36,722 bases of DNA from the NCBI GenBank assembly GCA_040260805.1, contig JBDQPD010000026.1, positions 1 to 36,722 of the forward strand, read 5' to 3'. Positions 1-8,858 of the stretch are shown here, piece after piece. A program made the position numbers and the translations under genes. Within the stretch, counting starts at the first letter, position 1. Every line of letters begins with the position of its first letter. The notes below the pieces were generated by a model. It was not told the origin of the DNA, did no database searches, and saw only the letters and a program-made list of their open reading frames with translations. This DNA comes from Myxococcota bacterium (GTDB lineage Bacteria > Myxococcota > UBA4151).

Positions 1-1
1 A

Positions 2-2206
2 GGCGAGCGGCGCTGCTCGGGCGCCAACGTCGAGCTCTGCGGCGACGACGGACAAGCCTGGCGACAGCTCAGCGCCTGTCTGACCCACTGCGACAACGGC
101 GCCTGCACGGTCTGCACCCCCGGCGCCGTGCGCTGCTTTGGGCGCACCGTGCAGACCTGTGCGCAGGACGGAAGCGCCTGGGCCGATAACCAGCAATGCA
201 ACGGCGCCTGCCGTGACGGCGCGTGCCAAGGTGAGGTCGTCTGCGTGCCGGGCGAGATCCGCTGTAACGGTCAAAACCGAGAAGCCTGCGCGCCTGGTGG
301 CGAGAGCTGGCTGGTGCGTGAGAGCTGCATGAACCAATGCGAGACAGGGCGCTGCATCGGCCCGAGCTGTCTTCCGCTGGAATTGACGGCGTCGCCAGCA
401 CAGCTGCCCGCCGATGAGAGCAGCTCGACGCTGATCTCGAGCGCGCTGATCCTCTCAAGCGATGGAACCCCCGTACCCGACGGCAGCTTGTTTACCGTCT
501 CGACGACGGGCGGGACCTTGCTGGCTCAAGACGGTGACCCCAACACCCCAGGCGTGCAGGTACGCAGCCTGAACGGGCGCATTGACTTTGCTGTTCAAGC
601 GCCTGCGCTCGAGGAGAACAACCAGGTACCGCAGCCGATCACTGCGCGCGCTGCCCACCCACTGGCCGACCGCTGTGCGGGCACTGCACAGATCACCTTT
701 GTGGCGCCGAGCACCACCCACTTTACGGGGCTCGACTTCACCTCTGCGACGGCGAACGACACGGAGACCACGAACGCGCTTTGGGACACGGCGCTCGGCC
801 GCGTCGACCCCTTCCCCAGCGACTTTGGCGCCGGCGAAGACGGTGATTTAACCGTCGATGGAACCTACAACATTAACACCAATTCGCAGCCTGGACGGCT
901 CTTTCCGGACGCCGTCAACTTTATCGTCACCGAGGTCGGTTCGGCGCAGGTCGTCGTGCGCGGCGGCGTCGGCGGTCTGGAGATTGGCGATGAAGTATTG
1001 CTGATCAACCTGCAAGGTGACGCCACCAATCACGGCAACGTGGGCAACTACGAGATCAAAGAGGTGGCGCGCATCAACTACGGGCAAAATACCGTCTTCT
1101 TCACGACCAACCTCGATGGCGTCTATGGGGCGACCGACTCCAACGCCGATATTACCGGACAGAAGATCATGCTGCAGCGCGTGCCGCGCTACCGCTCGTT
1201 GCGAGTGAACGGTACGCTCACAGCGGATGTTTGGGATGGTTCTAAAGGTGGTGTGATGTTTGTCAAAGTGCTCCAGAGCACCGAGGTCATCGGCTCCATC
1301 AATATGACGAACAAAGGATACCGTCCGGTCAATGGTAGCCCGGGAGAGAGCTACAATGGCTCGACCAGCGGAGCCTCAAATTCTGCGCGTGGAGGCGGTG
1401 GCAGTGGGACGGGACAGTATGTATGTCAGAACTCGGGCAGCTCATATGTCTACTACTCGGCACAAGGCGGCGGCGGTGGCTATGGAACGGCTGGAGAGGT
1501 CTACAGCCCGGGCGGTTCGGTTGCCTACAATGGCGAAGGTGGCGCGACGTATGGCGACGCCAACCTAGCGCGCTGGATGATGGGGTCTGGCGGCGGTCAT
1601 GCCACCTACCAACGGTGCCGGTACAATAACTATTCGTGCTGTCGAAGTAACTACAGCGGCGGTGCTGGTGGAGGCATCGTCGTCGTTTGGAGTAACGGCT
1701 TGTCAGTGCGGGGTTCTATCGTCGCTCGTGGCGAAAACGGCTCTGTACGGGGCTCGGGAGGATCGATCTTCCTGAGAGCTCGTTCAATGAACGTCGGTAA
1801 CAACAGGGTCAATGCAGCGAGGAGTTCGCAGGGCGGCGACGGCCGCATCCGGCTCGACTTCTTTGGTTTGTCCGGAACGACAACGCCCGACTTCGAGCCT
1901 GGCTTCGCCGGCGACACGGTCGTGCAAACCAACGACCTGAGCGGCGTCGGCAACCCCTTGGCTTCGGTGACCTTACGCCAAGCCCTAGAGGACCGTCGCG
2001 GTGGCACCATCAGCTACCAAGTCAGCAACGGCGCCACCGACGGCGAGCAGAACCTGATCTGGCACCCGATCGCTCCGGGCGAGACGGTGAACTTTCCTCA
2101 AAACCAGCCAGGCACGGCATTGCGCCTGCGGGCGACCTTCTCCAACGACAACCTCCAACCGCTGGCGCTCATCGGTATGAGCCTTGGGTGGGAACGCACG
2201 CCGTAG
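2..2206 (+). CDS. Large secreted/surface adhesin-like protein, 5'-truncated by the window: Cys-rich repeats, invasin-type Ig (Big_1-like) domain, Gly-rich domain, C-terminal beta domain
   Basis: The frame is open from base 2 (GERRCSGANVELCGDDGQAW...), so the listed GTG at 128 is internal. It has C-x-P-G-x-x-R-C...C...W repeats, an Ig-like ELTASPAQLPAD...DGTPVPDG motif, GDEVLLINLQG...GNYE, and GGGGG runs. Stop TAG at 2204-2206. Confidence 0.75.
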   Translation, partial: GERRCSGANVELCGDDGQAWRQLSACLTHCDNGACTVCTPGAVRCFGRTVQTCAQDGSAWADNQQCNGACRDGACQGEVVCVPGEIRCNGQNREACAPGGESWLVRESCMNQCETGRCIGPSCLPLELTASPAQLPADESSSTLISSALILSSDGTPVPDGSLFTVSTTGGTLLAQDGDPNTPGVQVRSLNGRIDFAVQAPALEENNQVPQPITARAAHPLADRCAGTAQITFVAPSTTHFTGLDFTSATANDTETTNALWDTALGRVDPFPSDFGAGEDGDLTVDGTYNINTNSQPGRLFPDAVNFIVTEVGSAQVVVRGGVGGLEIGDEVLLINLQGDATNHGNVGNYEIKEVARINYGQNTVFFTTNLDGVYGATDSNADITGQKIMLQRVPRYRSLRVNGTLTADVWDGSKGGVMFVKVLQSTEVIGSINMTNKGYRPVNGSPGESYNGSTSGASNSARGGGGSGTGQYVCQNSGSSYVYYSAQGGGGGYGTAGEVYSPGGSVAYNGEGGATYGDANLARWMMGSGGGHATYQRCRYNNYSCCRSNYSGGAGGGIVVVWSNGLSVRGSIVARGENGSVRGSGGSIFLRARSMNVGNNRVNAARSSQGGDGRIRLDFFGLSGTTTPDFEPGFAGDTVVQTNDLSGVGNPLASVTLRQALEDRRGGTISYQVSNGATDGEQNLIWHPIAPGETVNFPQNQPGTALRLRATFSNDNLQPLALIGMSLGWERTP

Positions 2207-2255
2207 TTGCTTGCACTTCAAAGACAGCGCATGAGGGCGCCCGGAGGACTTGCTC

Positions 2256-3944
2256 ATGAGTGACGCACGGGCCGAAAACTTACGCACCAGCCAGGCGGTC
2301 AGTTTGACCGAGATCACCGCCGTCGCGGCGAAGCTCGGGATCGGCGAAGAGCACCTGTACCGAGTGGGTGACTACATGGCGAAGGTTCGTCCTTCGAGCT
2401 TGGTCGAACAGCACGCCTCAGGGCGCACCGATGGACAGCTCGTCTTGGTGTCCGCCGTCAACCCGACGCCAGCAGGTGAGGGCAAGACCACCAACAGCGT
2501 AGGTCTTGCTCAGGCGCTTTCGGCGCGCGGAGCGCGCGTCGCGGTGGCGCTGCGCGAGCCGAGTCTGGGTCCGGTCTTTGGGATCAAGGGCGGCGGCTGC
2601 GGCGGCGGCAAAAGCCAAGTGCTGCCCATGGACGAGATCAACCTGCACTTTACCGGCGATCTCCACGCCATCACCTCAGCGCACAACCTGCTCTCAGCGC
2701 TGATCGACAACCACCTGCATTTTGGCAACGCGCTGCGGCTCGACCCGCGGCGCATCGTTTGGCCGCGGGTCCTCGACATGAACGATCGCTCGCTACGCCA
2801 TGTAGCGCTTGGCTTAGGTGGTCCTTTGCAAGGTATGCCGCGTGAAGAACGCTTCGACATCACCGCAGCCTCCGAGGTCATGGCGATCCTAGCGCTCGCC
2901 GAGGATTTGGATGATCTCAAGGCTCGGCTCGGTCGGGTCCTGATCGGCTATACGGTCGATCGCCAGCCGGTGTACGCCCAAGAGCTCAAAGCGGCTGGGC
3001 CGATGACCTTATTGCTTCGCCAGGCGCTGCAACCGAACCTCGTGCAGACCGTTGAGGGCGTCCCAGCCTTTGTCCACGCTGGTCCCTTCGCCAACATCGC
3101 CCACGGCTGCAACTCGGTGATCGCCACCAAGACCGCCTTAGGACACGCGGATATCGTGGTGACCGAGGCAGGTTTCGGCTTTGATCTGGGCGCTGAGAAG
3201 TTCCTCAACATCAAGTGTCGCGGCGCAGGGCTCTACCCGAGCGCGCTCGTGCTCGTGACCACCGTGCGCGCCATGAAGATGCACGGCGGTGTCGGCAAAG
3301 CCGACCTGGCGCTCGCCAACCGCAAGGCGCTCAAGGCGGGGTTAGCCAACTTAGACCGCCACCTCGCCTCAGCCAAAGCCTTTGGCATCCCGGTGGTGGT
3401 CTCGATCAATCACTTTACCGGCGATCGTAAAGCCGAGCTCAAGGTGATCGAAGACCACTGCGCCGAGCAAGGGGTCCCCTGCGCGGTGAGTAAGGTCTTT
3501 AGTGAGGGCGGCAAAGGCGGCGACGCAGTCGCTGAGCACGTGCTTGAAGCGCTTAAAGGTAAAGCCCCTCAGGCTAAGTTTACTTACGACGCGAGCGACA
3601 GCGTCGAGGCTAAGATCGAAAAGATCGTTCGCTCCATTTATGGCGGTGACTCGGTGATCCTTGCGCAAAAGGCGCGCAATCAGCTTAAAGTGATCGATCG
3701 GCTCGGGCTAAACGACCTCCCGGTCTGTATGGCAAAAACGCAGTACAGCGTCAGCGACAACCCCAAAGCGGTCGGCGCACCCACCGGCTTTGAGGTCACC
3801 GTCTCGGAATTGCGGATCGCCGCAGGCGCTGGATTTATTGTCGCCGTCACGGGGGCAATGATGACCATGCCGGGGCTGCCGCGGCGGCCAGCGAGTGAGT
3901 CGATGGATGTACGCGCAGACGGCGGCGCCGTCGGGATGTTCTAA
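2256..3944 (+). CDS. fhs: Formate--tetrahydrofolate ligase
   Basis: Motifs PTPAGEGKTT, REPSLGPVFGIKGG, HAGPFANIAHG, TEAGFG, CMAKTQYS, MPGL. GGAGGA RBS at 2243-2248 favours ATG 2256. Confidence 0.97.
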   Translation: MSDARAENLRTSQAVSLTEITAVAAKLGIGEEHLYRVGDYMAKVRPSSLVEQHASGRTDGQLVLVSAVNPTPAGEGKTTNSVGLAQALSARGARVAVALREPSLGPVFGIKGGGCGGGKSQVLPMDEINLHFTGDLHAITSAHNLLSALIDNHLHFGNALRLDPRRIVWPRVLDMNDRSLRHVALGLGGPLQGMPREERFDITAASEVMAILALAEDLDDLKARLGRVLIGYTVDRQPVYAQELKAAGPMTLLLRQALQPNLVQTVEGVPAFVHAGPFANIAHGCNSVIATKTALGHADIVVTEAGFGFDLGAEKFLNIKCRGAGLYPSALVLVTTVRAMKMHGGVGKADLALANRKALKAGLANLDRHLASAKAFGIPVVVSINHFTGDRKAELKVIEDHCAEQGVPCAVSKVFSEGGKGGDAVAEHVLEALKGKAPQAKFTYDASDSVEAKIEKIVRSIYGGDSVILAQKARNQLKVIDRLGLNDLPVCMAKTQYSVSDNPKAVGAPTGFEVTVSELRIAAGAGFIVAVTGAMMTMPGLPRRPASESMDVRADGGAVGMF

Positions 3945-5344
3945 GGCTGCTTGCGCGCCACGCGCTGAACCCAGACGGTGTGGGTCTTGACCCCATTGCG
4001 CGCAAGCTCAATGCGATCGGCTGCGCCGACGCGCTCGAGCCCATGCTCATCGAGTAAGGCTTGGGGCGCCGGTTGGTAACTGACCAACGCATCCGGCACC
4101 CCCGGCGCGGGTTTGAGGCTGATCTGCGAGGGGCGCGCCCAGGATGAGCCAAAGCGACGCCAGCCGTTCGTGTACGCAAGCTGCGCCGCTAGCTGATAGT
4201 TGGACACCCAAATCAAGGGGTCATCTGGAGCACCTAAAACCTGCTCAACGCGACGAGAAATCTCACTGGTTGCGTGCAACCTCTTGATCTGAGGGTTGTT
4301 CGGGCTCAGCACGCTGGGCGAGCGCAGCTGCCAGCCGAAAAAACCCATCAAAAGCAAGCCCCACACCACCGAGGCGTGGACCATCCATCCCCGCGCTTTG
4401 CTCACCCCTAAGCCAGCCAAGGCGGCGAGCGCAGGGAACAAGAACGTCGCCCAGTTGGCTTCTTGCTTTCCGCGCAGCGACAGGACCAGAAACAAGACCA
4501 AGGTGACGCCGACTAAAGCCAGGAGACGCTGCCGCACCGAGCCCGCTTCAAGGCGCCGCCAACCGAACCAAGCTAAGATGCAGGCGAAGGGTCCAAAGCC
4601 GATGACTTGAGCGCCCCAAAACTCGGGCGCAAAGCGCATGGTCGACGACTGCCCCACCCCATGCTCAAACTGAAACGCAAACGAGACCCAATCGTGCTGC
4701 GCGTTCCACACCACACAGGGCGCGAACACCAACAAAGAGACCGCCCAGCCCAGCCACGGCCAGACGCCTTTGAGTTGGGCGCGCAGGCGGGCATCGAGCG
4801 GGACCATAGCGATCAGGGCAAAAGCCCAGAGCCCCAAGGTGTATTTGCTGAGCAAACCCAAACCCACAAAGACCCCTGCGAGCAGCCAGGTGCGCCCCTG
4901 AGCGGTGAGCAGATACAACAAGGCTAAGCTCGCAAAAAGCTCCTCGGGCGCGTCGGGCAAGGCGAGCCCGCCGGTGTACGCGAGCATCGGCGCAAAGGCA
5001 CAGATCAGCGACGCTGAGATGGCGCCTGAGCGTGTCGCTCCTAGGCGTAACGCGAGCAGCCCAGCGACCACCACCGAGCCCGCCCCCATGAGCCGCGCCG
5101 GCCAGCGCAAGCCGTCATGACCAAAGCCCAAAGCATGGAGCCAGGCGACCATCGGAGGGTGGTCGAAATAGCCTCCTGCGAGCTCGGTTGACCACCACCA
5201 GTACAAGGCTTCGTCGGCGTAGACATCGAGGCCGCCATAAAGGGCTGTTCGAACCCCAAGAGCTAGCGCGGCGCATAACCCTAAAGCCCGCCATGGGACG
5301 GAGTGCGCTTGATCGCTGGGTGCAGTTTTGGGGATCGGGATCAT
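3941..5344 (-). CDS. Glycosyltransferase family 39 / ArnT-PMT-like membrane glycosyltransferase (GT-C fold)
   Basis: DEALYWWWS, GYFDHPPM, LSKYT, WNAQHDW-SF-FQ and many hydrophobic segments. Confidence 0.88.
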   Translation of the reverse strand: MIPIPKTAPSDQAHSVPWRALGLCAALALGVRTALYGGLDVYADEALYWWWSTELAGGYFDHPPMVAWLHALGFGHDGLRWPARLMGAGSVVVAGLLALRLGATRSGAISASLICAFAPMLAYTGGLALPDAPEELFASLALLYLLTAQGRTWLLAGVFVGLGLLSKYTLGLWAFALIAMVPLDARLRAQLKGVWPWLGWAVSLLVFAPCVVWNAQHDWVSFAFQFEHGVGQSSTMRFAPEFWGAQVIGFGPFACILAWFGWRRLEAGSVRQRLLALVGVTLVLFLVLSLRGKQEANWATFLFPALAALAGLGVSKARGWMVHASVVWGLLLMGFFGWQLRSPSVLSPNNPQIKRLHATSEISRRVEQVLGAPDDPLIWVSNYQLAAQLAYTNGWRRFGSSWARPSQISLKPAPGVPDALVSYQPAPQALLDEHGLERVGAADRIELARNGVKTHTVWVQRVARKQP

Positions 5345-5346
5345 CC

Positions 5347-7659
5347 CTAGTCAGCAGCCTGCATCGAAACGATCACCGATTTGCTGGTCGGCGTGTTGCT
5401 TTTGATCGCCACGCTGCGCGCCGGCACCAGCGGGTTGGCTTCGGGAAAATAGGTAAAGATGCAGCGTCTTGGGACCGGCTGAGCCACCACTAAGAAGCTC
5501 GGTGCGTGGCGCTCGCCGTCGTCAAAGTGGCTGGTCAAATCGACCCGTTGCCCCTCGCTAAAGCCCGCCTCTTGGATGTCTTCAGGACACATCATCACCA
5601 CACGCCGCTCGCCATAAATCCCGCGGTAGCGATCATCGAGACCGTAGATGGTGGTGTTGTACTGATCATGACTGCGCACGGTCGCCATCAGATACTGTCC
5701 GTCTTTGAGGTGGATATCCGGCAGCCCGTGCACGGTGAACTCGGCGCGCTCGGATGCGGTGTTCCAGACGCGCTCCCGTGGGCCGTTGGGCAAGACAAAC
5801 CCGCTGCGGTCCATGACCCGTGTATTGAACTGCTCAAACCCTGGAATCACCGCCTCGATGAGCTCACGAATACGACCGTAATCCTCCACCAGATAGAGCC
5901 AATCCACGCTCGATCTCGCCTTCAAGGTCGCCGCCGCTAAACGCGCCACAATCGCAGGCTCACTGAGCAGCTCGGGCGAGGCAGGTTTCAGACGCCCTTG
6001 CGAGCGCGTGACGATCCCCATCGAATTTTCGCAGGTCACGAACTGCGGACCCTCTTTTTGCTGATCAGTCTCGCTTCGACCCAAGCAAGGTAAGATGATC
6101 GCTTCATCACCTGACACCAGATGCGAGCGGTTGAGCTTGGTCGAGACCTGTACGGTCATGGCGCAGCGCTTGAGCGCCGATTCGGTGTAGCGGGTGTCCG
6201 GAGTGGCGGCGACGAAGTTGCCCCCCATCGCAAAGAAAACCTCCGCTTTATCCTCTGCCATCGCATGAATCGCTTCCACCGTATCAAAGCCGTGCTCACG
6301 CGGCGAAGCAAAACCCATCGCCGCATCCAGTCGCGCTAAGAACGCCTCCTGAGGTCGCTCGATAATGCCCATCGTGCGATCGCCTTGAACGTTGCTGTGT
6401 CCGCGCACGGGACAGGCGCCAGCCCCCGGCTTTCCGAGGTTGCCGCGCAGCAACAAAAGGTTCACCACCTCTTGGATATTCGCCACCCCGTTCTTGTGCT
6501 GCGTGAGCCCCATCGCCCAGCACACGATGGTCGCCTTGGAGTTGATGTACACCTCAGCGAGCGCCTCCATATCGGAGCGCTTCAGCCCCGACTGCTCTTC
6601 AAGTGCCTCATAAGATTGCGCTTCAAGCGCCGCCTCAAAGGCTGAAAAGTTGACCGTGTGCTCGTCGATAAACTGATGATCAAGCACGGTGCCCGGAGCG
6701 GCTGCTTCGCGCTCAAAGATCACCTTCATCATCCCTTTGAGCAGCGCCACATCACCGTTGATTCGAACCTGCAAATACAGATCGGAGATCGACGTGCTGG
6801 CGCCGAGCAAGGCGGTCGGGTGCTGCGGGTGACCGAAGCGCTCTAACCCACGCTCAAGCAGCGGGTTGATGCTGACAATGGTGCAGCCGCCTTTTTTAGC
6901 CAGCTCGAGCGCGCTGAGCATGCGCGGGTGATTCGTTCCCGGGTTCTGCCCGATGACAAAGATCGCCTCGGCGTCATTGAAATCTTGAAGGGTGACGGTC
7001 CCTTTACCAATGCCGATGGTCGAGCCCAGACCTGCGCCGCTCGATTCGTGACACATGTTCGAGCAGTCGGGCATGTTGTTGGTGCCGTAATGCCGAACGA
7101 ACGCTTGATACAAAAAAGCGGCTTCGTTGCTGGTGCGACCGGAGGTGTAGAAAATAGCCTGATTCGGGTCCTCAAGGCTCGCAAGCTTGGTCCCGATTCG
7201 CTCAAAGGCGTCATCCCATGAGATGGGAGCGTAATGACTCGCGCCGGACGCTTTGATCATCGGATGGGTCAAGCGCCCTTGCGCCTCGAGCCAATGGTCC
7301 GTGCGAGCCAGCAGATCCTGGATCGAGTGCTCGGCAAAAAAGTCAGGACCTACTCGGCGCTTGGTGCCCTCGGCCATCGCCGCTTTAGCCCCGTTTTCGC
7401 AAAACTCAAACGCGCTCCGCTCGCCCGCCGGCGGGTCCGGCCAGGCGCACCCCGGACAGTCAAAGCCGTCAGGCTGATTAATCTGAGCGAGCAGCTGCAT
7501 ACCCCGCAACATGCCCGTATGACGACCGGCCTCTTTGAGCACGCTGGTGACCGCACCGAGTCCCCCCGCAGCCTTGGTATAGGGCTTGGTTCGCAGCTCC
7601 GAGGACTCCGCCGTCGGCGAAGACTTTGAGGATGATGGGTCGCTTTTCGAGTCCGCCAT
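5347..7659 (-). CDS. FdhF/YdeP-family molybdopterin oxidoreductase (putative formate dehydrogenase alpha-like subunit)
   Basis: GFDCPGCAWPD, EFCENGAKA, YTSGRTSNEAAF, PDCSNMCHES, RGHSNVQGDRTMG, RSHDQYNTTIYG. ATG 7659 chosen over TTG 7692; the start is uncertain. Confidence 0.93.
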   Translation of the reverse strand: MADSKSDPSSSKSSPTAESSELRTKPYTKAAGGLGAVTSVLKEAGRHTGMLRGMQLLAQINQPDGFDCPGCAWPDPPAGERSAFEFCENGAKAAMAEGTKRRVGPDFFAEHSIQDLLARTDHWLEAQGRLTHPMIKASGASHYAPISWDDAFERIGTKLASLEDPNQAIFYTSGRTSNEAAFLYQAFVRHYGTNNMPDCSNMCHESSGAGLGSTIGIGKGTVTLQDFNDAEAIFVIGQNPGTNHPRMLSALELAKKGGCTIVSINPLLERGLERFGHPQHPTALLGASTSISDLYLQVRINGDVALLKGMMKVIFEREAAAPGTVLDHQFIDEHTVNFSAFEAALEAQSYEALEEQSGLKRSDMEALAEVYINSKATIVCWAMGLTQHKNGVANIQEVVNLLLLRGNLGKPGAGACPVRGHSNVQGDRTMGIIERPQEAFLARLDAAMGFASPREHGFDTVEAIHAMAEDKAEVFFAMGGNFVAATPDTRYTESALKRCAMTVQVSTKLNRSHLVSGDEAIILPCLGRSETDQQKEGPQFVTCENSMGIVTRSQGRLKPASPELLSEPAIVARLAAATLKARSSVDWLYLVEDYGRIRELIEAVIPGFEQFNTRVMDRSGFVLPNGPRERVWNTASERAEFTVHGLPDIHLKDGQYLMATVRSHDQYNTTIYGLDDRYRGIYGERRVVMMCPEDIQEAGFSEGQRVDLTSHFDDGERHAPSFLVVAQPVPRRCIFTYFPEANPLVPARSVAIKSNTPTSKSVIVSMQAAD

Positions 7660-7746
7660 GGTGTCCGCTAATGCTGTTGTGCCTCGCTTCAATAGGCCAG
7701 GAGCTAAGCAAGCCGCAACGGCTGATCACACTTGCTCGCTGACAAC

Positions 7747-8760
7747 CTAGGATTCCAAATACGCGAGCAAGGCATCGCGTCGATCCAGCATCCCCTTGTA
7801 CCGGAGCGATGCGGCGTTCATCGACCGGATAGCGAGCGCTAAATGCTCAGCCTTGGCGGGGTCTTTAGCGACGTCGACAAGCGGCTCAATATAGGTGCGA
7901 ATCGTAAACAAACCGCGCCCCAAATCCGCAAAGGGCTTGGTCGTTTGACGCTCGACGCGCAGCCAGGTCTTGGCTGCAACGGCCTCGGGAGACATCCCAG
8001 AAAAGTCTGGGCGTCCATGACCATGCTCCGGGTGACTGTCGAGGTCCGGGTTGCGATGTAACCCCCAAGCGAAGCGAACGTAGGGGCCCATAAAACACAT
8101 CGCATGGACCAAGTTCGCGTGGCCTTTAAGGATCGCCTCATTGTTCGCTACCGGCCTGTGAATTTCTGCGAAATCACGTCCAATTTTCAGACGCGGCGAC
8201 CACGAACTCGGAAAGCAAATATGCAGGGCCTCGCAGCGATCATTCGGGAGTCCATTTTGTGCTGCGGTCGCCATCACTGCGAAGTCGCACGGAAAGACCA
8301 AGCCGAGTAGCTCCATCCAGCGAGCAGCGCCGTCATGCAGAGCGCATTGAGCATGGATCAAAGCGCCAAGTTCACTCAACTCTGACTCCCAAAGGGTCAG
8401 CTCAAATCGATCGGACTGGCGCTCAACGGACAAGCCGAGCATCAAGAATTCCGTCCGCTCTGGCGCCCAACGAACCCAGGTCGGCTCTTCCTCAGCCGCG
8501 ACCTCGAACGTTCGCCAAATCAGCTCAGCGAGACTTGCGACCTCCGCACGTTCATCGGTTTGCAACGCCGAGCTCGGATGGCGCCTGCGCACCTCAAGCT
8601 TCTCGCGCAGATACCGCGGGGTCGTTTCGTCCAAACGAAAGTGACCATACTCGGCTGGCATACCAAACGCTGCGCGGCCGAATTCCCGCATCCCCGGCCG
8701 CACATCATAGCGTCCCTTGGTGATCGGAAAGGGTTGTTGACTGGGACGATCGAGTACCAT
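7747..8760 (-). CDS. DUF3445 family protein (heme-dependent oxidative N-demethylase alpha-subunit-like)
   Basis: Family-typical motifs ICFPSSW..K.G..F..IH.PV, R..W, WLRVERQT, LFTIRTY. Confidence 0.85.
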   Translation of the reverse strand: MVLDRPSQQPFPITKGRYDVRPGMREFGRAAFGMPAEYGHFRLDETTPRYLREKLEVRRRHPSSALQTDERAEVASLAELIWRTFEVAAEEEPTWVRWAPERTEFLMLGLSVERQSDRFELTLWESELSELGALIHAQCALHDGAARWMELLGLVFPCDFAVMATAAQNGLPNDRCEALHICFPSSWSPRLKIGRDFAEIHRPVANNEAILKGHANLVHAMCFMGPYVRFAWGLHRNPDLDSHPEHGHGRPDFSGMSPEAVAAKTWLRVERQTTKPFADLGRGLFTIRTYIEPLVDVAKDPAKAEHLALAIRSMNAASLRYKGMLDRRDALLAYLES

Positions 8761-8858
8761 CGGTTTTGACGCCTTCCGACCTGTCGAGGATTAACCAGCG
8801 CCTCCCCCTAGTCAATTCCACTCTTCACGCACTACACTAACCCCCTAGGAGCTAGTTG

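Noticed and set aside
2207..2255. THF or ZTP riboswitch upstream of fhs
   Set aside because: The gap is only 49 bp and holds just a 4-bp GCGC stem.
5347..7692. Selenocysteine-containing FdhF (formate hydrogenlyase type)
   Set aside because: There is no in-frame TGA, and the motifs (CSNMCH, FDCPGC) are YdeP-type. No gene symbol assigned.
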